A stretch of DNA of 64,000 nt from Berkelbacteria bacterium GW2011_GWE1_39_12 (GTDB taxonomy: Bacteria > Patescibacteriota > UBA1384 > UBA12157), in contig CP011213.1 in the NCBI GenBank assembly GCA_001029735.1, positions 784,298 to 848,297 of the forward strand, read 5' to 3'. The position numbers and the translations under genes were made by a program. The notes below the pieces were generated by a model. The model did no database searches. It was not told the DNA's origin and saw only the letters and a list, made by a program, of their open reading frames with translations. Positions 45,782 to 55,346 of the stretch are shown here, piece after piece; the first letter of the stretch is position 1; each line of letters begins with the position of its first letter.

Positions 45782-45789
45782 GACCCAAT

Positions 45790-45816
45790 TAAAAAAGCGG
45801 TTATTTCTAACCGCTA
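45790..45816 (-). terminator. intrinsic terminator, identical to 44344-44370
   Basis: 27-bp exact match. Confidence 0.9.
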
Positions 45817-45849
45817 ATACTCAGGAATAGTTTGTCCTCTTGACCGAAT

Positions 45850-46194
45850 TTACGGTGGCGGTGGCCATCTGCTTACTGGAGAACCGATTGACGAGTCATC
45901 ATCTGATGGTATGCCCGGCCTGTAAGGAGGAGGATCGGCTGACGGGCCAGGTTGTCTGACATTATCGCCTTGAGATCCAAGCGCAAATGAAGTCTTCTTT
46001 TGTGCGAGTTTCTCGCGAACATCTTTTGGCTTGTCGTAATCTTTGAATATGCCAACGACATACAGAACTATGCCAACTACGAATAGGCCAAGGATGCTGT
46101 AGCAAGGGATCATATTGTCTAGTTTGGAGCAGACAAAAATTCCAACGAGCAATAAGCCAAAAATACCAATCCAAGTCCAGTTGTATCTGTCCAT
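45850..46194 (-). CDS. two-TM protein with Pro-rich tail (stand-alone cassette)
   Basis: GGAGG RBS; promoter TTGACT-17-TACGAT at 46232-46260. Confidence 0.75.
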   Translation of the reverse strand: MDRYNWTWIGIFGLLLVGIFVCSKLDNMIPCYSILGLFVVGIVLYVVGIFKDYDKPKDVREKLAQKKTSFALGSQGDNVRQPGPSADPPPYRPGIPSDDDSSIGSPVSRWPPPP

Positions 46195-46317
46195 CTTCGC
46201 CTCCAGAACAATCGTTTGCTCATTCGGCTGTATCGTAGTTCAAAATTGTTTTGGAGTCAAATTTGCCAAACCCAAAATAAAAATGGGACGAGTTGGATCT
46301 CATCCCATGAACAAAAT

Positions 46318-46773
46318 TTAGTCATCATCATTGCTGTCAGAAGAACTCACCGTGTATCCTTCGGAATTCACATAATCAACGGGGGTCGAATAGCCTTCTG
46401 AGTTTTTAGGTCCACCCCATTGAGGATAACCTTCTGAGTTGTAGCCACCATGGGGAGTTAGATGGCCCTCATTGTTGTATTTTGCCTCTATTCTAGTTCT
46501 GCCACCACCGTTACCTCCATCATTGTAACCTGAACTTACACTTCTATTTTGGACTCGACCGCCGCTACGACCGCCATTGTTGCGACTTCTTTTGTCGACC
46601 CCGTTGCTTCCTGAAGGATTTTTTAGGGCACCTACTACGGCTAATAATCCAACTAACAGCCCGATGATCCAGCCGATTACTGCTCCTAAATCTCCTCTAA
46701 TTTGATAACCTATAGCAGTGCCTATAAACATGGTTACTAAAAGTAAACCTGCGACCATTTCTTTCACCTCCAT
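46318..46773 (-). CDS. two-TM protein with Gly-rich tail and 12-aa NSEGY repeats (stand-alone cassette)
   Basis: Promoter TTGACT-17-TACAAT at 46797-46825; terminator ATGGGA..TCCCAT at ~46282-46308; true start may be the second Met. Confidence 0.75.
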   Translation of the reverse strand: MEVKEMVAGLLLVTMFIGTAIGYQIRGDLGAVIGWIIGLLVGLLAVVGALKNPSGSNGVDKRSRNNGGRSGGRVQNRSVSSGYNDGGNGGGRTRIEAKYNNEGHLTPHGGYNSEGYPQWGGPKNSEGYSTPVDYVNSEGYTVSSSDSNDDD

Positions 46774-46831
46774 GGGCAGTAGTATTTATTGCGCTGATTG
46801 TAGCTTGAAAAACATAAAAAGTCAATGTGTT

Positions 46832-46859
46832 GTCATTGCGAACGGTAGTGCGGCAATCT
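46832..46859. repeat. REP-like palindromic element, degenerate half copy
   Basis: GTCATTGCGAACGGTAGTGCGGCAATCT. Confidence 0.65.
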
Positions 46860-46970
46860 ATCTTTCGACTTTCTACTTTAGTGGGCTTTACAGACTTTCA
46901 ACTATCCTAATCTCATCCGTTGCGCTTTCTACTGTTTCAGAGTAATATTTTAGTTAGAAAGGCGATATAA

Positions 46971-47450
46971 ATGCCAGAAAAATATAGTCTAGAAATAGCC
47001 AAAGCTATCGACTCCGCCCTGGGTGAGAAAGAATTTAATAAACGAAAAGAAATGCAGGCCGATATATCGCTCGCGTACTTAGAAGGTCATATTAATCGTG
47101 ATGAATCCGACGCTCTATATGAGAGCGAGGGGAAAATTGAATGGGGAGTGGCTGAATTTAAAACGCCGGAGGAGTTCTTGGAAGCATTGGATTCGATTGG
47201 GCTCCCAGAAGAACAGGTGATGTTGTATTATCGTCATGAGCTTTCACATTATCAAACCGATATAAAAAATGGCCACGAGTCTTCGTTTTTATTGTTATTT
47301 AGCCGAATTGAAGACGGTTCTCTCTCAGTTACACCGGCGGTTAAGACCATGTATACAGAAACGCCAAAACATAAAGAAAATTTGAGAGAATCGATTACTG
47401 CCCCTCAAGATATGAGTGAATTTGATAAACGAAGCGTCGGAATGACTTAA
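46971..47450 (+). CDS. hypothetical protein with HExxH motif
   Basis: 159 aa; RHELSHY. Confidence 0.7.
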   Translation: MPEKYSLEIAKAIDSALGEKEFNKRKEMQADISLAYLEGHINRDESDALYESEGKIEWGVAEFKTPEEFLEALDSIGLPEEQVMLYYRHELSHYQTDIKNGHESSFLLLFSRIEDGSLSVTPAVKTMYTETPKHKENLRESITAPQDMSEFDKRSVGMT

Positions 47451-47459
47451 AGGAGAACA

Positions 47460-48005
47460 ATGTCAGTTAAAATTATTTATTTTGTTCATGGCACAACTAC
47501 CGATAACGAGAAAAATATCTCTTCGGGATGGAAAGACACAGAACTGTCAGATCTCGGTATTCAGCAGTCGAAAGATTTAAGAGATCAAATTAATATTGAC
47601 GATTTTGATGTCGTTTTTTGTTCTGATCTAAAGAGATCAATCGATTCAGCAAAATTAACCTTTGAAGAAAAAGTGCCGATTAAGATTGATGCTCGTTTAC
47701 GTGAATGTGACTACGGCGATCTAAATGGCGAATCCTCGGATATTGTCGAACCAATGCAAGAAAAATCGATCTACGAAAAAATGCCGAATGGCGAAAGCTA
47801 TGAAGATGTTAAAACTCGCATCAACGAATTTTTAAATGATCTTAAAAAAGACTATGATGGCAAGAATATTGCAATTGTCGCTCACAAGGCGCCTCAGCTT
47901 GCCATCGAAGTTTTGTTAAACAGCAAAACTTGGGAACAGGCTTTTGCTGAAGACTGGCGCAAAACCAAATCTTGGCAGCCAGGCTGGGAATACGAAGTCG
48001 GATAA
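47460..48005 (+). CDS. histidine phosphatase family protein
   Basis: FVHGTT (RHG variant), SDLKRS, RLRECDYG, NGESY, IVAH. Confidence 0.9.
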   Translation: MSVKIIYFVHGTTTDNEKNISSGWKDTELSDLGIQQSKDLRDQINIDDFDVVFCSDLKRSIDSAKLTFEEKVPIKIDARLRECDYGDLNGESSDIVEPMQEKSIYEKMPNGESYEDVKTRINEFLNDLKKDYDGKNIAIVAHKAPQLAIEVLLNSKTWEQAFAEDWRKTKSWQPGWEYEVG

Positions 48006-48149
48006 TATCTGTCGCTATTTTGAAGTATCTCCGCAACCTTGCCCAGTCTGGATAATTAGAATGGAATTAAGTTAATCTCATCTGTTGAATCATATCTGGC
48101 AAAAGAGTAAACTTGAGTCAGAAAAGGAATTTTTACTATGGCAAAAGAA

Positions 48150-48454
48150 GGATTCTGATATTGCTGATCTTATGATCCCGTTTTCTAGTTGTTCCTATGT
48201 TCATAAGGATTTCTTTGGTAGTGCCTCGATCAAAAACGTGTTGCCAGTACTAATTCCCGAATTGTCATACAAAGATCTCGTATATCCATGCCGGCGGAGC
48301 CGCACAAAGGTTATGGATGGAAGCGGTCTTAGACGGAAAAAGACCAGACGAAAAAGATAAAATCCTTGAAGATTTAAAAAAATATTGTGAACTAGATACC
48401 TATGCCATGGTTCGCATCTTTCAACATTTAACAGAATCAATTAATGAAAATTAA
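48150..48454 (+). pseudogene. frameshifted C-terminal fragment of a DUF2779-like (RNase H-fold) protein
   Basis: DLMIPF..YVHKDFFGSASIKNVLPVL.PELSYKDL, frameshift near 48280, then GGAAQRLW...DLKKYCELDTYAMVRI; no N-terminal part. Confidence 0.7.
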
Positions 48455-48716
48455 ATTCCCTAAACTTGAAATGAGCGGTGTCACTTCGTTTCTATTAATG
48501 TGGCTGTTTGGGAACTTTTTATTCTACGCCTTGATTATGTTATGTAGAGAAAAATTCGGCTATCATATTGATTCACACCAAGCTGTATTTATTTCATTTC
48601 CCGCTAGTCTTATTTGGGCCATAGTAGGAGCCGTATTAACTAATAAAGACGAAAAAATTGCTGCGGGACGCAAAGATATAAGCAATGCAGTGGCCAAGTT
48701 ATTTAATAAGGACTAA
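48444..48716 (+). CDS. small two-TM membrane protein
   Basis: 90-aa ORF with two hydrophobic segments. Confidence 0.65.
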   Translation: MKIKFPKLEMSGVTSFLLMWLFGNFLFYALIMLCREKFGYHIDSHQAVFISFPASLIWAIVGAVLTNKDEKIAAGRKDISNAVAKLFNKD

Positions 48717-48757
48717 AAAAGGCAGAGATTATTCTCTTGCCTTGATGGGATCTGTAG

Positions 48758-49054
48758 CTATTTGTTTTCTTGCTGGCGGCGTTTGCCAAGCTCAATGAGC
48801 TCTTTTACTCTCTGGCCGCCCTTGTGGCCGATCTCCTCGTAGAACTCGTGGCCGTACTTTTCGCTTGTCGTCTTGCCGCCCTTGGCGCCGATCTCTTCGT
48901 AGAAGGGCGAGCCATAGCGTTCTGCGGTAGTCCTACCACCTTTTCTGCCGATTTGTTGATAAAACTCGTAACCATATCTTTCGCAAGTAGCTTCGCCGCC
49001 TCTTCTGCCGGCCTCATGGACCGTCATCCCGCCCTTTTTCTCTTCTCTTGCCAT
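48758..49054 (-). CDS. general stress protein with KGG repeats (GsiB/Em-like)
   Basis: MTVHEAGRRGG plus three YG.EFY..IG.KGG-type 20-aa repeats; promoter TTGACA-17-TAAACT at 49092-49120. Confidence 0.92.
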   Translation of the reverse strand: MAREEKKGGMTVHEAGRRGGEATCERYGYEFYQQIGRKGGRTTAERYGSPFYEEIGAKGGKTTSEKYGHEFYEEIGHKGGQRVKELIELGKRRQQENK

Positions 49055-49158
49055 TTCAGATGGTACCTCCTCGCGTTGATTTCATATGCACAGTTTACTT
49101 TAAGAATCGATAAATGTCAATACTGTAAAATAAATACGCTTAATGTCATAATAGAGAA

Positions 49159-50520
49159 ATGAACCAAACACAAGCACTCAAAATTTTAAAATCAGGCGCC
49201 AATGTTTTCCTGACCGGAGAACCTGGTAGTGGTAAAACATATTTAATCAATCAATATGTGGAGTATTTGAATTCTCATGGAATCAAGACAGCTATCACCG
49301 CTTCAACTGGAATTGCCGCCACGCACATCGGTGGAATGACGATTCATTCTTGGAGCGGCATCGGCATAAAAAGCAGATTGAATATTGGCGAACTGCATAA
49401 AATTGCAAGTAATAGCTATGTTTCAAAAAGAATTAAACCAGCAAAGGTATTAATTATCGACGAGATATCGATGTTGCCGCCAGAGACTTTGCAAACAATT
49501 GACCAAATTTGTCGAGAGGTAAAGAAAAACTCAATGCCTTTTGGTGGCATACAAGTTGTTTTAGTTGGCGACTTTTTTCAATTGCCGCCAGTTACTAAAA
49601 GAGTAGTTTTGGATGATTTTTCGCAAGAAAGTTTATTTGAAGAAGTTCCTCTAGGACGCTTTGCGTACGATTCACCATTGTGGCGTCAGGCGGATTTTGT
49701 GACTTGTTATATCACTGAACAACATCGCCAAGATGATGACAAGTTTGTCAGATTACTTTCGAAGATCCGTAGTAATAGTTTTGACGAAACATCGCTTAAT
49801 TGTATTAAGGAAAGACAAGTTGACGGAGTCAGTATTCCTAGTTCCGTACCTAAACTTTTTTCACATAATGTTGACGTTGATACAGTTAACGACCGTATGT
49901 TAAGTAAAATTCCGGGAGAAGCGCAATATTTCCCCATGTTAACCAAAGGTCATGAGGCATTAATTGGGGTGATGAAAAAAGGCTGTTTATCGCCTGAGAA
50001 TTTATTTTTGAAAGTCGGTGCGTCCGTCATGTTTACAAAAAATAGTCCTAAAGACGGTTACGTAAATGGAACGTTAGGCGTGATAGAAAGTTTTGATAAA
50101 GAAACAGAAATGCCGGTTGTTGAAATACGAAACGGACGCAAGATAAAGGTTTCTTATGCGGAATGGATTTTAGAAGAAGATGGCAAAGTAAAAGGCAGAC
50201 TTTCACAAATTCCATTACGATTGGCTTGGGCAATCACGGTTCATAAAAGTCAGGGGATTAGTTTGGACGAAGCGGTTATCGATTTGTCTAGGGTCTTTGA
50301 ATTTGGTCAGGGTTATGTGGCCATTTCAAGAGTAAAAAGACTTTCAGGAGTTTACATCCTTGGCTGGAATGATAAGGCTTTTCAGGTTGATCCCGAAATC
50401 TTAGAAAAAGATAAAGAATTTAGTACTCACTCAGCTGACGCAGAAAAACTCTTCGCTAATTTTTCGGAAGAAGAATTTCAAAAAATGCACGGAGATTTTA
50501 TCACTCTTTCAACCCTTTAA
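49159..50520 (+). CDS. PIF1-family SF1B DNA helicase
   Basis: FLTGEPGSGKT, IIDEISM, GDFFQLPPV, LAWAITVHKSQG, GQGYVAISR. Confidence 0.95.
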   Translation: MNQTQALKILKSGANVFLTGEPGSGKTYLINQYVEYLNSHGIKTAITASTGIAATHIGGMTIHSWSGIGIKSRLNIGELHKIASNSYVSKRIKPAKVLIIDEISMLPPETLQTIDQICREVKKNSMPFGGIQVVLVGDFFQLPPVTKRVVLDDFSQESLFEEVPLGRFAYDSPLWRQADFVTCYITEQHRQDDDKFVRLLSKIRSNSFDETSLNCIKERQVDGVSIPSSVPKLFSHNVDVDTVNDRMLSKIPGEAQYFPMLTKGHEALIGVMKKGCLSPENLFLKVGASVMFTKNSPKDGYVNGTLGVIESFDKETEMPVVEIRNGRKIKVSYAEWILEEDGKVKGRLSQIPLRLAWAITVHKSQGISLDEAVIDLSRVFEFGQGYVAISRVKRLSGVYILGWNDKAFQVDPEILEKDKEFSTHSADAEKLFANFSEEEFQKMHGDFITLSTL

Positions 50521-50580
50521 CTTTGCGTTTATTTATGATACGATGTGCTTTGTTAACGCTGACAACAGGGGGTGAACGAA

Positions 50581-51150
50581 ATGAGAGATTTCTGGGTTTT
50601 TGTCGCATTAATGGTTGGATTCTGGTTTAACCTTAATTTGGCACTCGATTACACTCGATCCGGAATTGAAATAAAGCAAGAAATCTCGAAGCGTATTGCA
50701 GAAAAAAGTGAGCTTGAGAGACAGAACCTCTATTTTGTCTTCACTGAATTCCTTCAGGATCCATTGGATGCAATTAAGGGTAGTTACATCATCGCTAACA
50801 AGGTATGGATCATTTTGCTTGTCCTTTTCTATCCTTTTGTCATGAGTTTCTCAAGCTACATCGGAAGCCATTTCCCATTTTCCAACACCATTACCGGCGC
50901 CTTTCTGTTTGGCATGATACTGGTGATTCCATTGTTCCTTGTGGACTTAGGCTTATATCTACTTGCTGCGGCTTTTGGGCTTAATCATAACCTGACAGCA
51001 TACCAGACAATGATTTCAGAGCGCAGAAGACGTCTCGAGACTCAAACTTGTTACATGGAGGATCTGGATTTTTTCATCAGGCTGGATCATCAGCTTGATG
51101 CAATAATAAGTGAGCTTCGAACTAAAACTGTCAAAGAGGAAGTTGTCTAA
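50581..51150 (+). CDS. membrane hypothetical protein (stand-alone cassette)
   Basis: Three hydrophobic segments; terminator overlaps the stop (51136-51163); start could be GTG at 50572. Confidence 0.72.
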   Translation: MRDFWVFVALMVGFWFNLNLALDYTRSGIEIKQEISKRIAEKSELERQNLYFVFTEFLQDPLDAIKGSYIIANKVWIILLVLFYPFVMSFSSYIGSHFPFSNTITGAFLFGMILVIPLFLVDLGLYLLAAAFGLNHNLTAYQTMISERRRRLETQTCYMEDLDFFIRLDHQLDAIISELRTKTVKEEVV

Positions 51151-51193
51151 TTTCCTCTTTTTTAGTACCTAAATATTTGAAATTATTGAGATA

Positions 51194-51478
51194 ATGAAAA
51201 CAAAAAATTGGTCACAAGATGTAACGAAACATAGTGCGGCTCTGGATTTAGAGCCCGGCGTTTTTACATTGCAACATCCAAGAGAAATCGCCCTATCATT
51301 GCAAAGATCGGCAGAAAAAAGCACTCGACGAAAGGCCGAGCCATATCAATCCGCCATGTCGATGTTAAATTTCTATATTAATCGAGCAGGCAAAAACTTA
51401 GATTCAAATCAAAAAAGGATATTGGAGCGGGCGAAAACAGAACTCAAAAGGATTTACAAAAGGAAATCATTCGGTTGA
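51194..51478 (+). CDS. DUF3175-like protein
   Basis: WSQDVTKHSAALDLEPGVF, SAMSMLNFYINRAGKNL. Confidence 0.85.
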   Translation: MKTKNWSQDVTKHSAALDLEPGVFTLQHPREIALSLQRSAEKSTRRKAEPYQSAMSMLNFYINRAGKNLDSNQKRILERAKTELKRIYKRKSFG

Positions 51479-51553
51479 CTTAACACACGATAAAAGATAT
51501 AATGTGCTCAGATATTACTACCCGCAAGGGTATTTGGGAAAGGGGATCGAACG

Positions 51554-52012
51554 TTGGCAAGCGTAGATGAAAGAATACGGGTAATTAGAGAAACGAATGA
51601 TCTAGAGATTGCGCTACGAGCGATCAGAGACTCAAATCACGAGATAAGACTAGCTGGATACATAACGCTGGTCGAAATGCGCGACAAGGATGCGGCGCCA
51701 GAGATTGAGAGCGCCTATCTGTCGGAGAAAGACGACAAGGTGCGCGGTGCGGCTTTGATCGCGCTTGGTCTTTGTTCGGACGGAGGACGAATGGATCTCT
51801 TTGTACCCGTTGCAACGGATCCAGAATCGACCGACAACATGATCGCGGCTTCTTATATCGCCATGTGCGAGAGCGGATTCGAGTATATGGTAGAATATGC
51901 CGCAGAATCAAACGAGAGTGAAAGACATCGCGAAATCGCCGCCAAGGTTTTGGAGGATATTCGCAGCGGGCGCCGTGAAAGAATCGAAAAGATCTACGGT
52001 ATCGCCCCTTAG
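51554..52012 (+). CDS. HEAT-repeat protein (stand-alone cassette)
   Basis: DSNHEIRLA, EKDDKVRGAALIALG; promoter TTGACT-17-TATAAT at 51475-51503; AGCCGGAC..GTCCGGCT-TTTTT terminator. Confidence 0.78.
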   Translation: MASVDERIRVIRETNDLEIALRAIRDSNHEIRLAGYITLVEMRDKDAAPEIESAYLSEKDDKVRGAALIALGLCSDGGRMDLFVPVATDPESTDNMIAASYIAMCESGFEYMVEYAAESNESERHREIAAKVLEDIRSGRRERIEKIYGIAP

Positions 52013-52119
52013 GGTAAGCAGCCGGACAAACGTCCGGCTTTTTTAAAAAAATTATGTAAATCAATACAGGCTTTTTTTACTTTGCTATGATAAAATATAT
52101 TTAATAAGAAAGGATAAAT

Positions 52120-52422
52120 ATGCCGGTAAGGAAAACGAAAAAAGCTTTGGAAAAGACAGTAAAAATAGAAAAACAAAAAGGAAGTTTTGCGTCTTCGCTT
52201 CAAAAAGCTGCCTTTACATTTGGTATTATTGGAGTATTTATTCCATTTTTTCCAATCGTGGCAATCGTGCTTGGCGCGGTCACTAAAAAAGAACTTCCAG
52301 ATAATTGGCGGGCAAAATGGGCCATCGGATTAGGTATTTTTGGAATTTTAACGTCTTTCTTGGTGATCTTTGCTTTTATCTCGTATCTTGCGCTTATTAT
52401 TGGTAATATAATTTTAGGTTAA
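52120..52422 (+). CDS. DUF4190-like small membrane protein
   Basis: AAFTFGIIG..AIVLG...AKWAIGLG. Confidence 0.7.
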   Translation: MPVRKTKKALEKTVKIEKQKGSFASSLQKAAFTFGIIGVFIPFFPIVAIVLGAVTKKELPDNWRAKWAIGLGIFGILTSFLVIFAFISYLALIIGNIILG

Positions 52423-52440
52423 CTAATTAAAGGAGGTTTC

Positions 52441-52614
52441 ATGTCAATCGTTTCAGAGTCAGAGTACAAGGGTAATCCTATGATCGTTATTAAAAACGAT
52501 GAGGAAGATAAATTTCCTTTTCAATTTGGCGTTAAAAAAGCTAAGCTAGTTTTAGAGAACATTGAAGAGATTAAGAAGTTTGTAGAAAAAAACGACAAAT
52601 TCAAAAATGAATAA
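52441..52614 (+). CDS. 57-aa small protein (below ORF-track cutoff)
   Basis: AAAGGAGGT RBS; MSIVSESEYKGNPMIVIKNDEEDKFPFQFGVKKAKLVLENIEEIKKFVEKNDKFKNE. Confidence 0.85.
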   Translation: MSIVSESEYKGNPMIVIKNDEEDKFPFQFGVKKAKLVLENIEEIKKFVEKNDKFKNE

Positions 52615-53227
52615 AAAAATCGAAGTCGAGTTACGCGGGCCAATTACCAAAGAACAATTTGATCGTTTGGAAAGTCTTTTTGAAAAAGATGGCAAGTTCA
52701 TTGATCACAAGGACCGTGTTTTGATTTGCTATCCTGATCCTGATACAGGGAGCTTTGTCGAAGAATGTTTTACCGATATCCGTGTTCGTACGACTAATGG
52801 CACACCGGAAATGATAATCAAGTTAGGCAAATGGGGTGGCGACAACGAAAATCGTCGTGAATTATCACTTATGGGAAAACCTGGCGAGTTCGATAAAATG
52901 GTCGTCATGATGGCCGCCCTAGGACACAAAAAAGGTGTTTGGGCCGTACGCAAAGGGAAAGTTTTTGATTACAAAGAAGTGGAATTTTCACTTGTCGAAG
53001 TGCCGGATCATAGTTATTACTATGAAGCAGAAATAATGGTAGAAGAGGTATCTAAAGCAAAAGCAGCTCGAGTAAAAATGGAAAAACTTTGTAAAGAATT
53101 AAACCTAGAAGTTTTTGACGATGACGGTTTTTATGGTTATATCAATCGCTTAAATAAAGAATCAAATAAGGAATTTTTGTTCGAAAAGTACTCAGAGGGA
53201 TTCTTCAAAAAAGAATTTGGGATCTAG
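52607..53227 (+). CDS. CYTH/triphosphate tunnel family protein
   Basis: N-terminal IEVELR (ExExK-like), DIRVR, YYYEAE. Confidence 0.85.
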   Translation: MNKKIEVELRGPITKEQFDRLESLFEKDGKFIDHKDRVLICYPDPDTGSFVEECFTDIRVRTTNGTPEMIIKLGKWGGDNENRRELSLMGKPGEFDKMVVMMAALGHKKGVWAVRKGKVFDYKEVEFSLVEVPDHSYYYEAEIMVEEVSKAKAARVKMEKLCKELNLEVFDDDGFYGYINRLNKESNKEFLFEKYSEGFFKKEFGI

Positions 53228-53253
53228 CTTTTATATAATAGACGTGAATAGTG

Positions 53254-53282
53254 TTGACAATTATTGATGAGTCTGATATAAT
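53254..53282 (+). promoter_or_regulatory. consensus sigma70 promoter of the secretin operon
   Basis: TTGACA-17-TATAAT. Confidence 0.8.
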
Positions 53283-53454
53283 TTTTTTATCAAATGCTTA
53301 GGCACTAGAAATTCCGCCTTCTTGCAGAAGGCTGTTTCTTTTTTTGTTGCTAAGTAAGACCCTTGAAAATCTAGTTGATGTTTTTCCTCCAAAGGAGGAT
53401 GACATAGTGGTCGCCAAGGCCAGCGAAAAAAATACAGAAAAACAGGAGAAACCG

Positions 53455-54087
53455 TTGAAATTAAAAGTAATTCTCGTTCTTGCAATGATGCTCTGCGTGA
53501 GCATCGCCTTCGCTTCAGGCGGGTCAGTTACCGGTGACAGTATCGGCACGACAGTAACGTCGGTTGTCCCGACCTACATCGACTGCGTCGACGAGATGCA
53601 GGCGTTCGCGATGGGCACTCAGCACTTTACAAGCGCTTGGGGTCCCGAACGACTTGAAGGTCAGGCATCGTTTAGCGGAGCTTTGGCTTACGCGAACTGT
53701 CCAACAGTTGTCACAGTAACCGGAAACAATCCGGCCGGCGACAATATCCCGAGGCTTGCTCGTGCTGAAGTCGGTGTAAGAGCTGACGGCTTTGACCGAA
53801 TTCCCACAGTTTATGGGATTTCTGTCCTTGCCAATGGCGACAACTATCCGATTACAGACTGGCTCGACGGTTCTTCCCAGGTTCCATTTGTGGGAACAAT
53901 TGCGGAAACCCCGCACAACGGATACGTGGGCTATTCGGTTTTTATTGAAGCCAATGGAACGACAACGATCGACCCGGGGTGTTCAGTGAAAAACACCTAC
54001 ATCGATCCCAACAAGTCAAACGGCGACTCGGCTGACGCCGGCGTCTACGAGGCCAGCCTGGTCTTTACGTTGACACCCGCGCTCTAA
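53455..54087 (+). CDS. secreted beta-rich protein (pilin/WxL-like subunit?)
   Basis: TTG after AGGAG; signal peptide ending AFA; C-terminal AGVYEASLVFTLTP. Confidence 0.75.
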   Translation: MKLKVILVLAMMLCVSIAFASGGSVTGDSIGTTVTSVVPTYIDCVDEMQAFAMGTQHFTSAWGPERLEGQASFSGALAYANCPTVVTVTGNNPAGDNIPRLARAEVGVRADGFDRIPTVYGISVLANGDNYPITDWLDGSSQVPFVGTIAETPHNGYVGYSVFIEANGTTTIDPGCSVKNTYIDPNKSNGDSADAGVYEASLVFTLTPAL

Positions 54088-54176
54088 AGCTAGAGTGCAA
54101 AACAGGAACACAGTCTTGGCGACTGCGATCAGGGCACCCTTTCGGGGGTGCCCTAGATTTTTATTTGGAGGTAAAA

Positions 54177-55346
54177 ATGAGAGTTCCACTGTTGTTGGTT
54201 CTTTTCTTATTGAGCGCAACAGGATCTTGGGCTGTTGGAATTTATCCGGCAAAAGTTGATGTTGAAGCCCGCGCTGGCAACCAAGTAAAGTTGGTTTTTC
54301 ACATAGTGAACAAATCAGACGATACAAAGGATGCTACGCTTACACCAACCAATTTGTCGGCAGATTCAAATTTCGTTTTGGTTTTCGAACCATCGCGAAT
54401 GGGAACGCCAGCATCTTGGTTTTGGCCACAGGCTGAAGCGTTTAAGTTGCTGCCGAAGTCTGATACCGAACATGTTTTTCGAGTTAAAGTGCCGTCAGGT
54501 ACAAAACCCGGAGAATATTTTGTCGGTTTGCTTCTTGACCCTAATGAAAGCAGAGCGCTTGTCGGAAAGAAATATAAGTTAAATTTGAAGACTCGCGTAG
54601 CGGCAATCATTAAGGTTGTTGTCCCGGGCGTCGGACAATTACCGAAATCAGCCACTCTAGGGGAGTCCACAATTGTCATTGAAAAGAAGAGCCCGATCAA
54701 GTTTGGGGTTCTCTTCCAAAGCACCTGTGTATCAAGTCTTTTAGCTCGGGGGCAATGCCGCGTTATAGGTAAAAATGGAAGAGTCTTTGACTCATTTATC
54801 CTACAAGCAGCCGGTCAGAGCACAAAGGGTTCCGCGTTTGTGTTTCCTAAAGGATCGCGTCGATTTGGCGGAAAATTGCAAAGATGTTTACCTTTGGGGA
54901 GCTATACTGTGGAATTCACTTTTGACTATGGCAACGGTTGGCGTAGAGCCATGACCAAAAAGGATTTTGAAGTTACACAGGAAGTCTCTTCCGAACAAGG
55001 AAAACTCCTTATACTTGGAGTCGACAAGGAATTAATCGAAGAAGTCATTCCCAGAGGTGGGTTTCGGGCGTTTAAGACTACTGTGACGAATATCGGTTTC
55101 GAACCGACTGAAATTACAGTTTCAAAGACATTGATTGCAGAGGTATCGCCGGAAAAGGCGATTTTAGCACCTGGCGGAAAAAAAGATTTCCGAATCATTG
55201 TCAAAATGCCAAGGGATGGCGAGACTCAACTTGTTGAACAATCTGGCAAGATCAGTTTTAAACCCCAGAGTGGGGAACCGATATCTGTCGATGTGAGAAT
55301 TAAGCTCCCGGCAGAGAAATCAAGTGGAAGGAAGGAAACGGAATGA
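54177..55346 (+). CDS. secreted multi-Ig-fold protein (PapD/DUF916-like chaperone?)
   Basis: Signal peptide; VGIYPAKVDV, KVPSGTKPGEY, GSYTVEFTFDYG. Confidence 0.72.
   Translation: MRVPLLLVLFLLSATGSWAVGIYPAKVDVEARAGNQVKLVFHIVNKSDDTKDATLTPTNLSADSNFVLVFEPSRMGTPASWFWPQAEAFKLLPKSDTEHVFRVKVPSGTKPGEYFVGLLLDPNESRALVGKKYKLNLKTRVAAIIKVVVPGVGQLPKSATLGESTIVIEKKSPIKFGVLFQSTCVSSLLARGQCRVIGKNGRVFDSFILQAAGQSTKGSAFVFPKGSRRFGGKLQRCLPLGSYTVEFTFDYGNGWRRAMTKKDFEVTQEVSSEQGKLLILGVDKELIEEVIPRGGFRAFKTTVTNIGFEPTEITVSKTLIAEVSPEKAILAPGGKKDFRIIVKMPRDGETQLVEQSGKISFKPQSGEPISVDVRIKLPAEKSSGRKETE

Noticed and set aside
46865-46932. Three CTTTC(T/A)ACT motifs reminiscent of a Cas12a repeat
   Set aside because: Only ~9 bp, irregular spacing and no cas genes; not a CRISPR array
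48770-49162. 130-aa plus-strand ORF opposite the KGG protein
   Set aside because: Antisense shadow of a repeat-rich gene that has clear family motifs, RBS and promoter on the minus strand
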